From Candidatus Parcubacteria bacterium (GTDB lineage Bacteria > Patescibacteriota > Minisyncoccia > Phycocordibacterales > Phycocordibacteraceae): a stretch of DNA of 64,000 nt. Under the pieces are notes generated by a model. That model had not been told where the DNA came from, ran no database searches, and saw only the letters and a program-made list of their open reading frames with translations. The translations under genes were made by a program, and so were the position numbers. The stretch covers positions 975-64,974 of the forward strand of contig JAXDML010000009.1 in the NCBI GenBank assembly GCA_034666125.1. The letters are read 5' to 3'. Positions 53,348 through 62,859 of this stretch are shown here, piece by piece. How positions within the stretch are numbered: the stretch's first letter is position 1; every line of letters begins with the position of its first letter.

Positions 53348-54727
53348 CTAGTACTGGCGCAATACGTACGCGACCATCTCCTGCATGTCCTTCTTCACGT
53401 CCTGCGAATCAAGGAGCACGAAGGCGACCGAGCGCTCCACTCCCTGTATCGTCACGTTGTATACGGCAATGGCCGTATTCCCCGCTGCGAGCGTCTGTCC
53501 CACCTTGCCGCCCAGGAACTCGGCGTTCGGGACGCCGAAATTATTGAAATTCTGGAGGTCGCCATATATAGGAGCGCCATATGCGCTCGTATTCAGTTCC
53601 CCCGTGCTTATCTTCAGCACGAAGCTCCGGTTGTTGTACACGTATTTCAGGAGCACGAAGAGGTCCTCGGCGGTCGAGACGTTCTCGAACTTGCGGCCTG
53701 CCGGATCGGCGAAGTGCGTCGACGCCATGCCGATGGATTCCGCCTTCTTATTCATGAGGTTCACGAAGCGGTCCGGGCCGACGCTCCGCGCGAGCGCCTC
53801 CGCCGCCTCGTTCGAGGACTCCATGAGAAGCGGGTAGAGGAGCTGGAACGCCTGGACGCTCTGTCCCGGCTGGAGTCGGGGGCGCGAGGTGTCGACGATC
53901 ATCGTCTGCGTGATCCCGATCGGCTTGTCGAGATTGATATATTCGGCCGAGACGAGCGCGGTCACGAACTTCGTCAGGGATGCGATCGGAACTACCTCCC
54001 TCGAGCTTTTTTCGGCGAGGACCGAATTGCTCCGCAGGTCCGCAGCGAGGAACGCGGCCGCAGACACGTTCGGCTGCTTTTTCGCATACGTAAAGGAATC
54101 GCTCCCGAAGTCCTGCTCGAAGACGATGACCGGCGTTCCTACCTCGACCAGGTCGTACACCGCCTGCGCGTCCTCGTTGGAGAGCCGGATGCACCCTCCG
54201 GAGAACTGCGAGGACACCGGCGAGCCGTCCGGATGATACGGCCACCCGTGTATGAAGAAATTTCCCTGGAAGGCCATGCTCCAGGGCTGGTACACGGAGC
54301 CGAAGGACGAGAAATGATTCTCCTCCTTCGTCTCGATGCGGTACACGCCCGCAGGCGTCTCCCACCACGACCCTTCGCGGCCTTTCGTGAGTATCTTGAA
54401 TTCTTTCGCCACTTGTCCTTCCTTATATACGCGGATGACCATGCTCGAGAGATCCGCCTCGACGAAGGTCGCCCCTTCGGCGACAAGCCGGTTCTTCACC
54501 GTGTTGAAATGGTCTATGTTCGAGAGCGATGGGGACGAGCCGAATTCGAGGGCGGTCAACGGCTTGGGCACATGTCGGAAGAGCGAGTCGGTGCCGTTCG
54601 CATACGCATACCAGGATACGCCCCCGGCGATCACGACCAATACGCCGAGAATACTCGCTATCGCCCACAGCGGCACGCCGCGTTTCCAGAAAGGTGGCCG
54701 GGCTTGCGGCGCGTACGGTTCGTTCAT
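53348..54727 (-). CDS. Fusion of an L,D-transpeptidase (YkuD) domain and a D-Ala-D-Ala carboxypeptidase (S11/PBP5-like) domain, N-terminally membrane-anchored
   Basis: YkuD motifs (IHGWPY ... SGGCIRL) followed by the SxxK (ASLTK), SxN (SSN) and KTG-like motifs. Start moved to MNEPY because the longer ORF overlaps tRNA-Val. Confidence 0.7.
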   Translation of the reverse strand: MNEPYAPQARPPFWKRGVPLWAIASILGVLVVIAGGVSWYAYANGTDSLFRHVPKPLTALEFGSSPSLSNIDHFNTVKNRLVAEGATFVEADLSSMVIRVYKEGQVAKEFKILTKGREGSWWETPAGVYRIETKEENHFSSFGSVYQPWSMAFQGNFFIHGWPYHPDGSPVSSQFSGGCIRLSNEDAQAVYDLVEVGTPVIVFEQDFGSDSFTYAKKQPNVSAAAFLAADLRSNSVLAEKSSREVVPIASLTKFVTALVSAEYINLDKPIGITQTMIVDTSRPRLQPGQSVQAFQLLYPLLMESSNEAAEALARSVGPDRFVNLMNKKAESIGMASTHFADPAGRKFENVSTAEDLFVLLKYVYNNRSFVLKISTGELNTSAYGAPIYGDLQNFNNFGVPNAEFLGGKVGQTLAAGNTAIAVYNVTIQGVERSVAFVLLDSQDVKKDMQEMVAYVLRQY

Positions 54728-54786
54728 GGAGGCAGTATAACGCAGCGTCTTCAAAAAACGCGCCGTTTGGGGTATCGTGCAGCTAT

Positions 54787-54859
54787 GCGCGCTTAGCTCA
54801 GTTGGTAGAGCGCCCCGTTTACACCGGGATGGTCGCAAGTTCGAGTCTTGCAGCGCGCA
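54787..54859 (+). tRNA. tRNA-Val (anticodon TAC); CCA not encoded
   Basis: Acceptor GCGCGCT/AGCGCGC, D-arm GCTCAGTTGGTAGAGC, anticodon loop TTTACAC, T-arm GCAAGTTCGAGTCTTGC. Confidence 0.8.
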
Positions 54860-54860
54860 C

Positions 54861-56126
54861 TTACTTTCGATGCCGTAACCGGTGAGGTTTCCGGGGCGTC
54901 CGTCCGGTAACGATCGGGACGGGACTGCGGCGCGCGAGGAACTGGAACGAGGCCCAAGTGAGGAAGAGCAGCGCCGCGCCCGAGGCGATCGTCCAGGACG
55001 GACCTACGAGCATATAGAGGACTCCTGCTGCGGCGGGGCCGATCGCCCACCCGAGATCCTGGGCGAGATTGATGACGCTCGCGATCAGGCCGTCGCTGTC
55101 ATGGTCGCGGTCGAGCGCATGAAGCCAGGACCAGAGCGATATGCTCGCCATCTCGTCGCCCGTGGTCGCGAGGAATCCGAAGATGAGGAAGAGCCAGTTG
55201 AAGCTGAAGCTCAGTACGAACGCCGATATGGAAAAGAGGAGGACGCCGAAGAAGACCAGGGTGCGCTTGTTCCCGCGGTCGGCGATGCTCCCCAGCGCGA
55301 AACCGAGCGCCACGACCGCGAAGTCGAATATGCCGAGCCCGAGACTCAGGATCCCGGCTTCGGCCTGATGGGCGATCACGATGGGTACCACGAACCAGAC
55401 GAGTCCGTAGAAGATCGATGAGGTAAGGCTCAACGCAACGAGCATGAAGCAGGCGGGGTTGAGCTTCTTAAGTACGCGCACCGATTTGAACAGGGACGTG
55501 CGCCTGATGTAATGGTGCTGCGTCTCTATCTTCTTCCGTGCAGGAAGCCGGCCCAGATCCTTGGGGCTCATCCACAGTGCCAGGAGCGCGATCGCCAGGA
55601 GCGCGAAGATGAGGGCGCCCATGGCCTGGGTGGGTATGCCGAGGACCAGTCCCAGTATCGCGCTCGCGCACACCACCCCGAGCGAGCCGAAGACGTCGCG
55701 GAAGGATATGAACTTGCCGGCGTCCTCATCCGGCGCATGGGATAGGACGTAGGCGTTCACGCCCGGACCGAAGAAGAGCCATCCGAGTTCCCCGATGGCG
55801 AAGGTGACGATGAAGGTGACTACGTTGAAGTCGAGTACGAGCACGAGCGCTCCCAGGAGGAACAGGATCGTGGTGATCTTAAGGAGCCGCTTATACCCGA
55901 AGCGGTCGAGCAGATGCCCTGCGGGCACATCGAGCAGCATCAGTACGAAAGAACCGGCACCGAGGATGAACCCTACCGCCCATATCGGCAGTACCCGCTC
56001 CCCGAGCGGCGCCAAGAGCGTGTAATGAAGGCCGCCACCGAATTTGAAGAAGAAAAGGAAAAACCAGAATGGCAGGAATGCCGTGAAGAGCTTCCTGACC
56101 CGATGCACTGTTGCGGCACGCGTCAT
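54861..56126 (-). CDS. MFS transporter
   Basis: 12-TM profile. Start moved to MTRAAT because the longer ORF overlaps tRNA-Leu. Confidence 0.7.
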   Translation of the reverse strand: MTRAATVHRVRKLFTAFLPFWFFLFFFKFGGGLHYTLLAPLGERVLPIWAVGFILGAGSFVLMLLDVPAGHLLDRFGYKRLLKITTILFLLGALVLVLDFNVVTFIVTFAIGELGWLFFGPGVNAYVLSHAPDEDAGKFISFRDVFGSLGVVCASAILGLVLGIPTQAMGALIFALLAIALLALWMSPKDLGRLPARKKIETQHHYIRRTSLFKSVRVLKKLNPACFMLVALSLTSSIFYGLVWFVVPIVIAHQAEAGILSLGLGIFDFAVVALGFALGSIADRGNKRTLVFFGVLLFSISAFVLSFSFNWLFLIFGFLATTGDEMASISLWSWLHALDRDHDSDGLIASVINLAQDLGWAIGPAAAGVLYMLVGPSWTIASGAALLFLTWASFQFLARRSPVPIVTGRTPRKPHRLRHRK

Positions 56127-56159
56127 GATTTCACGATAGCATGCTGGCGAGAACTCCGG

Positions 56160-56243
56160 TGCCCGGGAGAGGACTTGAACCTCCACGCCCTTGCGGGCTC
56201 TACGACCTGAACGTAGCGCGTCTACCAATTTCGCCACCCGGGC
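56160..56243 (-). tRNA. tRNA-Leu (anticodon CAG), long variable arm; CCA not encoded
   Basis: Acceptor GCCCGGG/CCCGGGC, anticodon loop TTCAGGT, variable arm, T-arm GGTTCAAGTCC. Confidence 0.8.
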
Positions 56244-56276
56244 AATGCGGGAACTGTACCACCAAACGTAGGGTAC

Positions 56277-56822
56277 CTAAAAGAGCAGCACCTTGAACGC
56301 CAGGAGCACAAGGACGAGCGCGCCGAGGAGCTCTATCTTCGTCCCGACCAGGTGCCGGCTCCTCCTCCCGACGTACACGCCCGCGAGCGACATGAGGAAC
56401 GTGACCAAGCCGATGATCGCGGACGTAGGCAGGACCGAGACGGGAAGGAAGTTGAACGTGATGCCGATGACGAGCGCATCGATGCTCATCGCGAAGGCGA
56501 GGACGAGCAGTACCCGCATGTGCAGGATGTCCTTCTCGCGCGCGGTGTCTTCCTGCCTAAGCGCGTCCCGCAGCATCTTGAGCGCAACCAAGAGAATGAG
56601 CACGAAGCCGACGATGTGCCCATATTCGGTCAGGTATCCCCTGAACCAGTAGCCTGCCGCCCAGCCGAGAAGCGGCATGACCGCATGAAAAGCGCCGAAG
56701 AAGAAGGCGATCACGAGCGCTTTACGGATGTTTATCCTGTTCAGTACTCCCGCACCGACCGACACGACCACCGCGTCGAGCGAGAGGCTCAGGGCCAGGA
56801 GGAGTATCTCGAGAGCCGACAT
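56277..56822 (-). CDS. mntP: MntP-type manganese efflux pump (6 TM)
   Basis: Size and topology; conserved FGAFHAVMP segment. Confidence 0.65.
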   Translation of the reverse strand: MSALEILLLALSLSLDAVVVSVGAGVLNRINIRKALVIAFFFGAFHAVMPLLGWAAGYWFRGYLTEYGHIVGFVLILLVALKMLRDALRQEDTAREKDILHMRVLLVLAFAMSIDALVIGITFNFLPVSVLPTSAIIGLVTFLMSLAGVYVGRRSRHLVGTKIELLGALVLVLLAFKVLLF

Positions 56823-56831
56823 AGCGACACC

Positions 56832-59135
56832 TTATATCGAAAACTCGGGTATGTCCTGCCCCTGCGCGGCCGGCAGCGTGAACGCGAAGGTGCTTCCCTC
56901 TCCGAGTGCGCTCTTCTCGAGCGTGACGGTCCCGTGCATCGCGGTCATGATGAGCTTCGATATATAGAGGCCGAGACCCGTGCTCTGGTTCGCCTTCCGC
57001 GCGAGCATGTTCTCGCCGGCCTGCTCGAACTTCCTGAAGAGACGGGACTGGTTGTGCGGGGAGATGCCAATGCCCGTATCGGTGACCGAGACCTTCACCG
57101 TATCACCCAAGGATTCCGTACGGACTGTGACGCTTCCCGTATCTGTAAACTTAAGGGCGTTCCCGATAAGGTTGTCGAGCACCTGCTCCACCCGGTCCCG
57201 GTCACCGACGACGCGCGTATTGGTCCCGGGGATGGGCGGGACGCTTGAGAGCTTGAGCTTCCTCTCGATCGCCATCTTCTCCAGGTTGCGAATAGTCTTT
57301 TCGACCACTTCGCAGACGTCGAATTCTTCCTTCTTGGTCTCCATCTTTCCCTGCTCGAGCTGCGAGACCTCGAGGAAATCACGGACGATGGAGATGAGGC
57401 GGAGGCTCGAGTCGTAGATATCCTTCAGCATCGCTTTCTCTTCGGCCTCCTGCGGCATCCTCTCCTTCTTCAGGAGCATATCGGAGTTCCAGCGGATAGC
57501 CGTAAGCGGCGTGCGCAGCTCGTGCGAGGCGATGGCGAAGAACTCTTCGCGGCTGCGCTCCGTATTTTTTGCTTCGGTGATATCCTCGATGACGAGCACG
57601 AAGCCGATCACTTCCGCAGATGTCTTCCCTTCCGCCAGGACCGGAGCGCAGAGGAAACGGAGGTACTTCTTCCCGAACGATACGCACTTATTTTCCGTGA
57701 TCTTCCCGGATGCGCGTGCGCCGCGCACGAAAGCGAGCAGGTCGAAGGCGTCTGTGTTCTCTCCGCTCGTTTGCGTGAATAGCGGTGCAATACCTTCGAG
57801 AGCGTCCGGCGTTTCCGTAAGACCGAGTACCGCGGTCAATGCTGGGTTGCGGAACAGTATCCTATTCTCCATGTCCGTAATGACGAAGCCGAAGGTGAGG
57901 CTGTCGATCGATGCCGCGAGCCGTGCCTTCTCGTCGCGCAGTTCCCGGGTCCGCTCCACGACCATCTCCTCCGCACGCTCCTTACCGTGCTTGATATCCT
58001 CAAGGAGTGCCACGACCTCTCTCTTGGACTTCGCCTCCGCATCCTGCGCCGCAGACAGCCATCCGAGCATCCGGTTTATCTTGTCGGCGAGCCTGCCGAT
58101 GTCGTCCCGCACGTCGCCGCCGACCCGCATGGAGATATCCTTCTCGTTGTTTATCTTTTCCACGTCTCGCGTAAGCGACACGAAGCGTCGCACCACGAAC
58201 TTCTCGAGGAGCCCCGTCATCCCGAGGCCGAACAGGAGGAGCGCAGCCGCGCCGATAATGAGAAAGAAGACGAGCGTTCCCTGCCCCTGCGTGTGAATGG
58301 GCCGCGGCATCTCGATACGGAGTATGAGGATAGGATTCCCGTACACGTCGTAGAGCAGACGATATCCGTGGATGACTTCGTCCGATACCGGAGTTATAAC
58401 ATTCGGATTTGCCTTCGAGAGGAAGCGCTTCGCTTCCTGCACGTCTTCGGGCAGCACGTTGCCTTCGAACGGGAATACCTGTATCGCCAGATGCGTGACG
58501 TCCGCGAAGTCCTGCACCTTCCGCTCATCGAGGAACCGGAGCATGGACACCGACGCATTGATCGGGCCGGTGTTGTCGTTCTTGAGTACCGGCTTCGAGA
58601 CGATCACCGCGGGGCCTTCCGGAAGCATCACCAGTCCTTTGGTGAAGTGCTCCGGGTCGCCGTGCACTATCAGGTCCCTATGATTCTCGAGATACGCCAC
58701 TACCGTCGAGGAGGAGACTTCCGTCTCCTGTTCCAGGTCGAGGACGTGCGCAAGGAAGATCCTGCCTTCGTTGTCGGCCAGAAAGAAGCCGTTCTGATCC
58801 TGCCGTACGAAGCCGAGCGCGAAGAGCGTCTCCTCCTCGAAGACCGGGTCGCGGGTGAGCGTGTAGTCGTAGAGGTCGCTCCACGGCGACCAGTCCTGCA
58901 GGTTCAGGAACCAGTTGTCCTCGAACTCCCGGACGGTATCCGTCGCGCGGTCGAGGTTCTGGAGCACGTCGTCGCGCTCGATGGCGAGATAGCTCCGGGT
59001 GAGCACCTGGGTGGCGATCGCGTACATCAGGACGCAGAGCACCACGACGCTGACGGCGATGACCGAGAGTATCTTCGCACGCACCGACAGGTATCGTTTT
59101 TCCTTCATGCAAACAGTAACTTTATAGTACCGCAC
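56832..59135 (-). CDS. Sensor histidine kinase (TM, extracytoplasmic domain, HAMP, PAS-like, HisKA, HATPase_c)
   Basis: H-box (FFAIASHELRTPLTAI), N/G1/G2 boxes (DNLIGNALKFT, DTGIGI, GLGLYISK). No response regulator within the window. Confidence 0.85.
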   Translation of the reverse strand: MRYYKVTVCMKEKRYLSVRAKILSVIAVSVVVLCVLMYAIATQVLTRSYLAIERDDVLQNLDRATDTVREFEDNWFLNLQDWSPWSDLYDYTLTRDPVFEEETLFALGFVRQDQNGFFLADNEGRIFLAHVLDLEQETEVSSSTVVAYLENHRDLIVHGDPEHFTKGLVMLPEGPAVIVSKPVLKNDNTGPINASVSMLRFLDERKVQDFADVTHLAIQVFPFEGNVLPEDVQEAKRFLSKANPNVITPVSDEVIHGYRLLYDVYGNPILILRIEMPRPIHTQGQGTLVFFLIIGAAALLLFGLGMTGLLEKFVVRRFVSLTRDVEKINNEKDISMRVGGDVRDDIGRLADKINRMLGWLSAAQDAEAKSKREVVALLEDIKHGKERAEEMVVERTRELRDEKARLAASIDSLTFGFVITDMENRILFRNPALTAVLGLTETPDALEGIAPLFTQTSGENTDAFDLLAFVRGARASGKITENKCVSFGKKYLRFLCAPVLAEGKTSAEVIGFVLVIEDITEAKNTERSREEFFAIASHELRTPLTAIRWNSDMLLKKERMPQEAEEKAMLKDIYDSSLRLISIVRDFLEVSQLEQGKMETKKEEFDVCEVVEKTIRNLEKMAIERKLKLSSVPPIPGTNTRVVGDRDRVEQVLDNLIGNALKFTDTGSVTVRTESLGDTVKVSVTDTGIGISPHNQSRLFRKFEQAGENMLARKANQSTGLGLYISKLIMTAMHGTVTLEKSALGEGSTFAFTLPAAQGQDIPEFSI

Positions 59136-60303
59136 GACGCTCCGCTTGAAGTCGTATCTGTTCCGCTAAAGGAGCGAGGCGGTATCGACCGGCAGCCTTT
59201 ATGGTCACTTGAGTACCCTGGACCGCGGACATACGGATCTTCTCCGCAAGCGCCGCGTATCCGGACGGCCTCACCCTCTGTAGCCGAGGCTCGTGTGCGC
59301 GTAAAAAGCCGAAAGCTCTCTCCGGTCCGACGAAATACAGCTCGTCAAAGTCCTGCAGCAACTCTGCGATACGAGCATAGTGTCCTTGCACATCGAGGAG
59401 GAGCGGATGCATCGCGCTGAGAACGACGATACGCCGTCGCGCAGGCAGGGAGAGAGCGTACTGAAGCGTGCTTCGGACGCAGTACGGGACGGCCTTGTAC
59501 GTATCCGATACGACCGTTATCCCTCCCTGCAGGGAGACCCGGATACGATCGGAGGGCGGCTCGTACGTATCGATCACCTCTTGAGCTCCGCCCGTTCCAT
59601 TCGTTAGGATCAGCAGGCACGTTATCGCATGCCCCAGGGCCTCCCGGTGCGCGGGTATGAAACTCCCATGCCTCGGACGAAAGACCGCTCGCGTACTATC
59701 GCCTTCGAGTATCTCGACCTCCCGGTCGCTGAAATCGAACTCGACCAGGCGGACATCACTCGCGCTCGTCCGCGCAAGCGAACGGAGAGTCGCAAGACTC
59801 GGATTGGCACGGCCGAGGATAACGGGACCTTCCGGAGACAGCGCGGCGAGCAGCCTGCCCTTATCTTCGAGTATGTCGCGCAGAGGCCGCGCCCACTCGA
59901 CAGTATCCAGGTCCGTGAGGAAGACCATGTGCGGCGCGAGACGATCCGTGAACCATGTCGTATCAGACCTCCAGTCGGCTCCGAGCTCGATACATACGTA
60001 CGCATCCTTCGGAGCCGTTCCCGTAAGCACACGGAAGAGGCCGCGAAGGGAATGCAGCCGTATCGGTTCCTCGATACCCAGGAGCGCAAGGACTATGCCG
60101 AGCTCGTTGGTATAGCCGTACGGCAACGCGATGACGGTCCTGCCCGACTGCGAGAGGGCATGCCGTACCGCAAGCCGGGCAAGCGTCTTGCCCGCCGTTC
60201 CGGAAAAGACGAGTATCTTGAGGTCGTTGCGCGTACAGCTTCCCTTCCGCACCAGGAAGATGACGTCGGCGGCTATGCGGATGAGAGCGTTCCGAAAAGA
60301 CAT
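59122..60303 (-). CDS. murF: Mur ligase family protein, MurF-like
   Basis: Divergent P-loop (FSGTAGKT) and a C-terminal domain pattern (VSDTYKAVP ... compare DDSYNANP). Confidence 0.55.
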   Translation of the reverse strand: MSFRNALIRIAADVIFLVRKGSCTRNDLKILVFSGTAGKTLARLAVRHALSQSGRTVIALPYGYTNELGIVLALLGIEEPIRLHSLRGLFRVLTGTAPKDAYVCIELGADWRSDTTWFTDRLAPHMVFLTDLDTVEWARPLRDILEDKGRLLAALSPEGPVILGRANPSLATLRSLARTSASDVRLVEFDFSDREVEILEGDSTRAVFRPRHGSFIPAHREALGHAITCLLILTNGTGGAQEVIDTYEPPSDRIRVSLQGGITVVSDTYKAVPYCVRSTLQYALSLPARRRIVVLSAMHPLLLDVQGHYARIAELLQDFDELYFVGPERAFGFLRAHEPRLQRVRPSGYAALAEKIRMSAVQGTQVTIKAAGRYRLAPLAEQIRLQAERRAVL

Positions 60304-61520
60304 CGTGCGTACGTGGCTTCAGTATATAAGCGGCGACTTCGTCTCGGACCCGCGATCACCGACTCGGATCCCTTGCCGGTCAGCAGCAGGGCGTCCCCCG
60401 GACCGAGCAGCTTCTTTGCCAGAGCGATTGCGTCCTCCCTCTTGCGGACCGTATGCACTTCATGCGCGTCGGAAAAGCCCTTCCGGATGCCGTAAGCGAT
60501 GCTCTCTTCACGCTCATCGAACGGATTCTCTTCAGTAACGATGCTCACGTCCGCGTACCGCTCCGACAGCGCGGCGAGCAGCGGCCGCTTGTAACGATCC
60601 CTTCCCCCGCCTGCCGCGCCGAACACGTGAATGACCTTCCCCGTAGTCTTCCGGCGCACGAAGGAGAGTTGCGATTCGAGCGCGGCCAGCGTATGCGCGT
60701 AGTCGACGATAACGAGAGGGCGTGCGGATACGATCTCGCAGCGTCCGGGAACCGGCGCCTGCACACGCATCGCCTCCTTCACGTCATTAAGGGATGCGCC
60801 AAGCGCGGTAGCGAGACCTGCGGAGAAAAGTATATTGCGCGCGGCGAACGGACCGCCGAGAGACGCAGTCACGACTGCGCGCTCGTTCCTTCGAACGATC
60901 GTGAGCGTGGTGCGTGTCAGCGTCGACACGATTCCCGTTGCGCGCAGGTCGCCGTTTCCTCCGCAGATCCGCATCATAAGGCCGTGCGGCAGGCGATCTC
61001 GAAGGATGTTCAGAGCGTCTTCCGAAACGACAAGTCCCAGGCTGCCCGGGAGCAGCTCGCGAGCAAGCGATGCCTTCGACTCGCGATAGCGCTCGAAGCT
61101 CCCATGTGCCTCGACGTGTTCGGGCGTCACGTTCGTGACCCCTACGAGCATGAAGCCGATGAAGCGATGTCGGTGCTGGAGCATTCCCTGGGACGTGACC
61201 TCGATGACGGCATGGGTCGCTCCGTTCGCGATCGCCGCCGCAAGGAATCGGTGGAGTCCCATACGGCCGGGCGTGCTTATCTTGGTCTCGTTCCTCCGTT
61301 CCGTCAGTCCGTCATGTATCGAGACCGATGAGTAGTGCGCGACCCGATGGCCTGCGGACCGAAGGATGCCTGCCGTGAAGGCAACCGAGGAGCTTTTGCC
61401 GTCCGTTCCCGTGATCCCGACAGTGACGATTCGCTTACCGAGCCTTCCGAAGCGCAGGAATGCGAAGGCGGGGTATACGATATGGAGCCCGTTCTTAAGC
61501 CGCTGGATCGACATGGTCAT
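60273..61520 (-). CDS. murE: Mur ligase, MurE-like (UDP-MurNAc-tripeptide synthetase)
   Basis: P-loop GITGTDGKSS and the DYAHT motif (VIVDYAHTLAAL). Confidence 0.75.
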   Translation of the reverse strand: MTMSIQRLKNGLHIVYPAFAFLRFGRLGKRIVTVGITGTDGKSSSVAFTAGILRSAGHRVAHYSSVSIHDGLTERRNETKISTPGRMGLHRFLAAAIANGATHAVIEVTSQGMLQHRHRFIGFMLVGVTNVTPEHVEAHGSFERYRESKASLARELLPGSLGLVVSEDALNILRDRLPHGLMMRICGGNGDLRATGIVSTLTRTTLTIVRRNERAVVTASLGGPFAARNILFSAGLATALGASLNDVKEAMRVQAPVPGRCEIVSARPLVIVDYAHTLAALESQLSFVRRKTTGKVIHVFGAAGGGRDRYKRPLLAALSERYADVSIVTEENPFDEREESIAYGIRKGFSDAHEVHTVRKREDAIALAKKLLGPGDALLLTGKGSESVIAGPRRSRRLYTEATYARCLFGTLSSA

Positions 61521-62857
61521 AGGCAGGTATCGACATCATACAGAAATGGCCGCAACTCGCGCGCACACTCTGGGACGTAGTCTCCTTCGACGGGCCGCGC
61601 GAGAATATAGGCCGGCTGAGGGAAACTCGCCAGGAAGGCGCGTTCGAACTGCGGTTCGGCGTGGCTCCAGTAGCGGTTCCATTCCTCGGTCGCATGCGGC
61701 TCCTTGAAGATCCCCGGTGCATGGACCTCGACGATACTCCATCCGTGCGCCCAGGGAAGGAGCGCCGGCGAGGTGACGACGGCGCTGCCCTTAGGTAGAG
61801 CCGAGAGCGTCCGCACCGTTTCCTGTATGTCCGGGGATATAGACGCTTCAGAATGCTTCTGAAGCCAGAACATGGGAAAGGCGGCGGCGATGACGAGGAC
61901 CGCTCCTGCAAGGGGCGCTAGGGAGCGAGCCCGAACACGGAACCATCCATAGGCGACGAGCGCCCCGTATGCGGCCGGGACGGCCAGGAGAAGATCGAGA
62001 AAGACATACACGCGGCTGTAAAAAGGGAGCCGGAGGATGACGAACAGGAGCAGTATGCCGAGCGAACCCAGTAGGACATGGTTCCTCTTGGCGACGGGAA
62101 GAAAACTGCGCACGCCGAGTACGACGAATGCAAAGAGCGGTACCGACCAGAGAAGGTACTCGGATGGCGAGATGAAGAGGCTCACGGGCGGAGATGCCAC
62201 TTTTTGCGCCACGTGCGGATGAAGCAGGAGGTATGCTGCCGCGACCGCCGTTACCGAAAAAGCATATGCGAGAGGGATGCTTCTCGTGAAGAACGCCCGA
62301 GTGAGGAAACCTGTCCCGGCGAGGACGATATATAGGACGGAGCTTGTCTGGTGCGTCAGTACTATGAGGATGCCCAGGCAGGCACCGAGGGCGTAGCGGC
62401 GAGTCTCGAAGGCGAGGACCCCGAAAAGGAACAGGGGCAAAGCTGCCGCCTGCTTAAAGAAGAATGCCTGTTGCGCCGAGAACTGGACCGCTGAAAGGAT
62501 ATATAGAAGGGTCGCTGCAACGGCTCCACGATTCCCCGTATAATGCTTCGTGAAGAAGTAGACGCTGATTACGCCGGCTATGCCGAGTCCAAGGTACGTA
62601 CCGTAGAGGGCAACATCGGGGTTGCGAACGAAAAAGTGGACCAGGTCGAGAAGGATCCGCGGAAGGAAGACCGTATGATCGAGCCCCGGGACCGGGGTAT
62701 TCGGGAACGAGACGAACGGCTCGAGGAGGTAGCGTCTGTAGAGGCCGCTATCGTAGCCGTATCCGAACGGGCCGAACCGCACGAACGTTACGAGCCAGAT
62801 AGCGAGGCCGGCAGAACAGAGGATCGGAAGAGCAATCGCCGTCCTCGCGTACCGCAT
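61517..62857 (-). CDS. Polytopic membrane protein (about 12 TM), possibly a GT-C-fold glycosyltransferase-like protein
   Basis: Hydrophobicity only. Confidence 0.45.
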   Translation of the reverse strand: MRYARTAIALPILCSAGLAIWLVTFVRFGPFGYGYDSGLYRRYLLEPFVSFPNTPVPGLDHTVFLPRILLDLVHFFVRNPDVALYGTYLGLGIAGVISVYFFTKHYTGNRGAVAATLLYILSAVQFSAQQAFFFKQAAALPLFLFGVLAFETRRYALGACLGILIVLTHQTSSVLYIVLAGTGFLTRAFFTRSIPLAYAFSVTAVAAAYLLLHPHVAQKVASPPVSLFISPSEYLLWSVPLFAFVVLGVRSFLPVAKRNHVLLGSLGILLLFVILRLPFYSRVYVFLDLLLAVPAAYGALVAYGWFRVRARSLAPLAGAVLVIAAAFPMFWLQKHSEASISPDIQETVRTLSALPKGSAVVTSPALLPWAHGWSIVEVHAPGIFKEPHATEEWNRYWSHAEPQFERAFLASFPQPAYILARPVEGDYVPECARELRPFLYDVDTCL

Positions 62858-62859
62858 GC

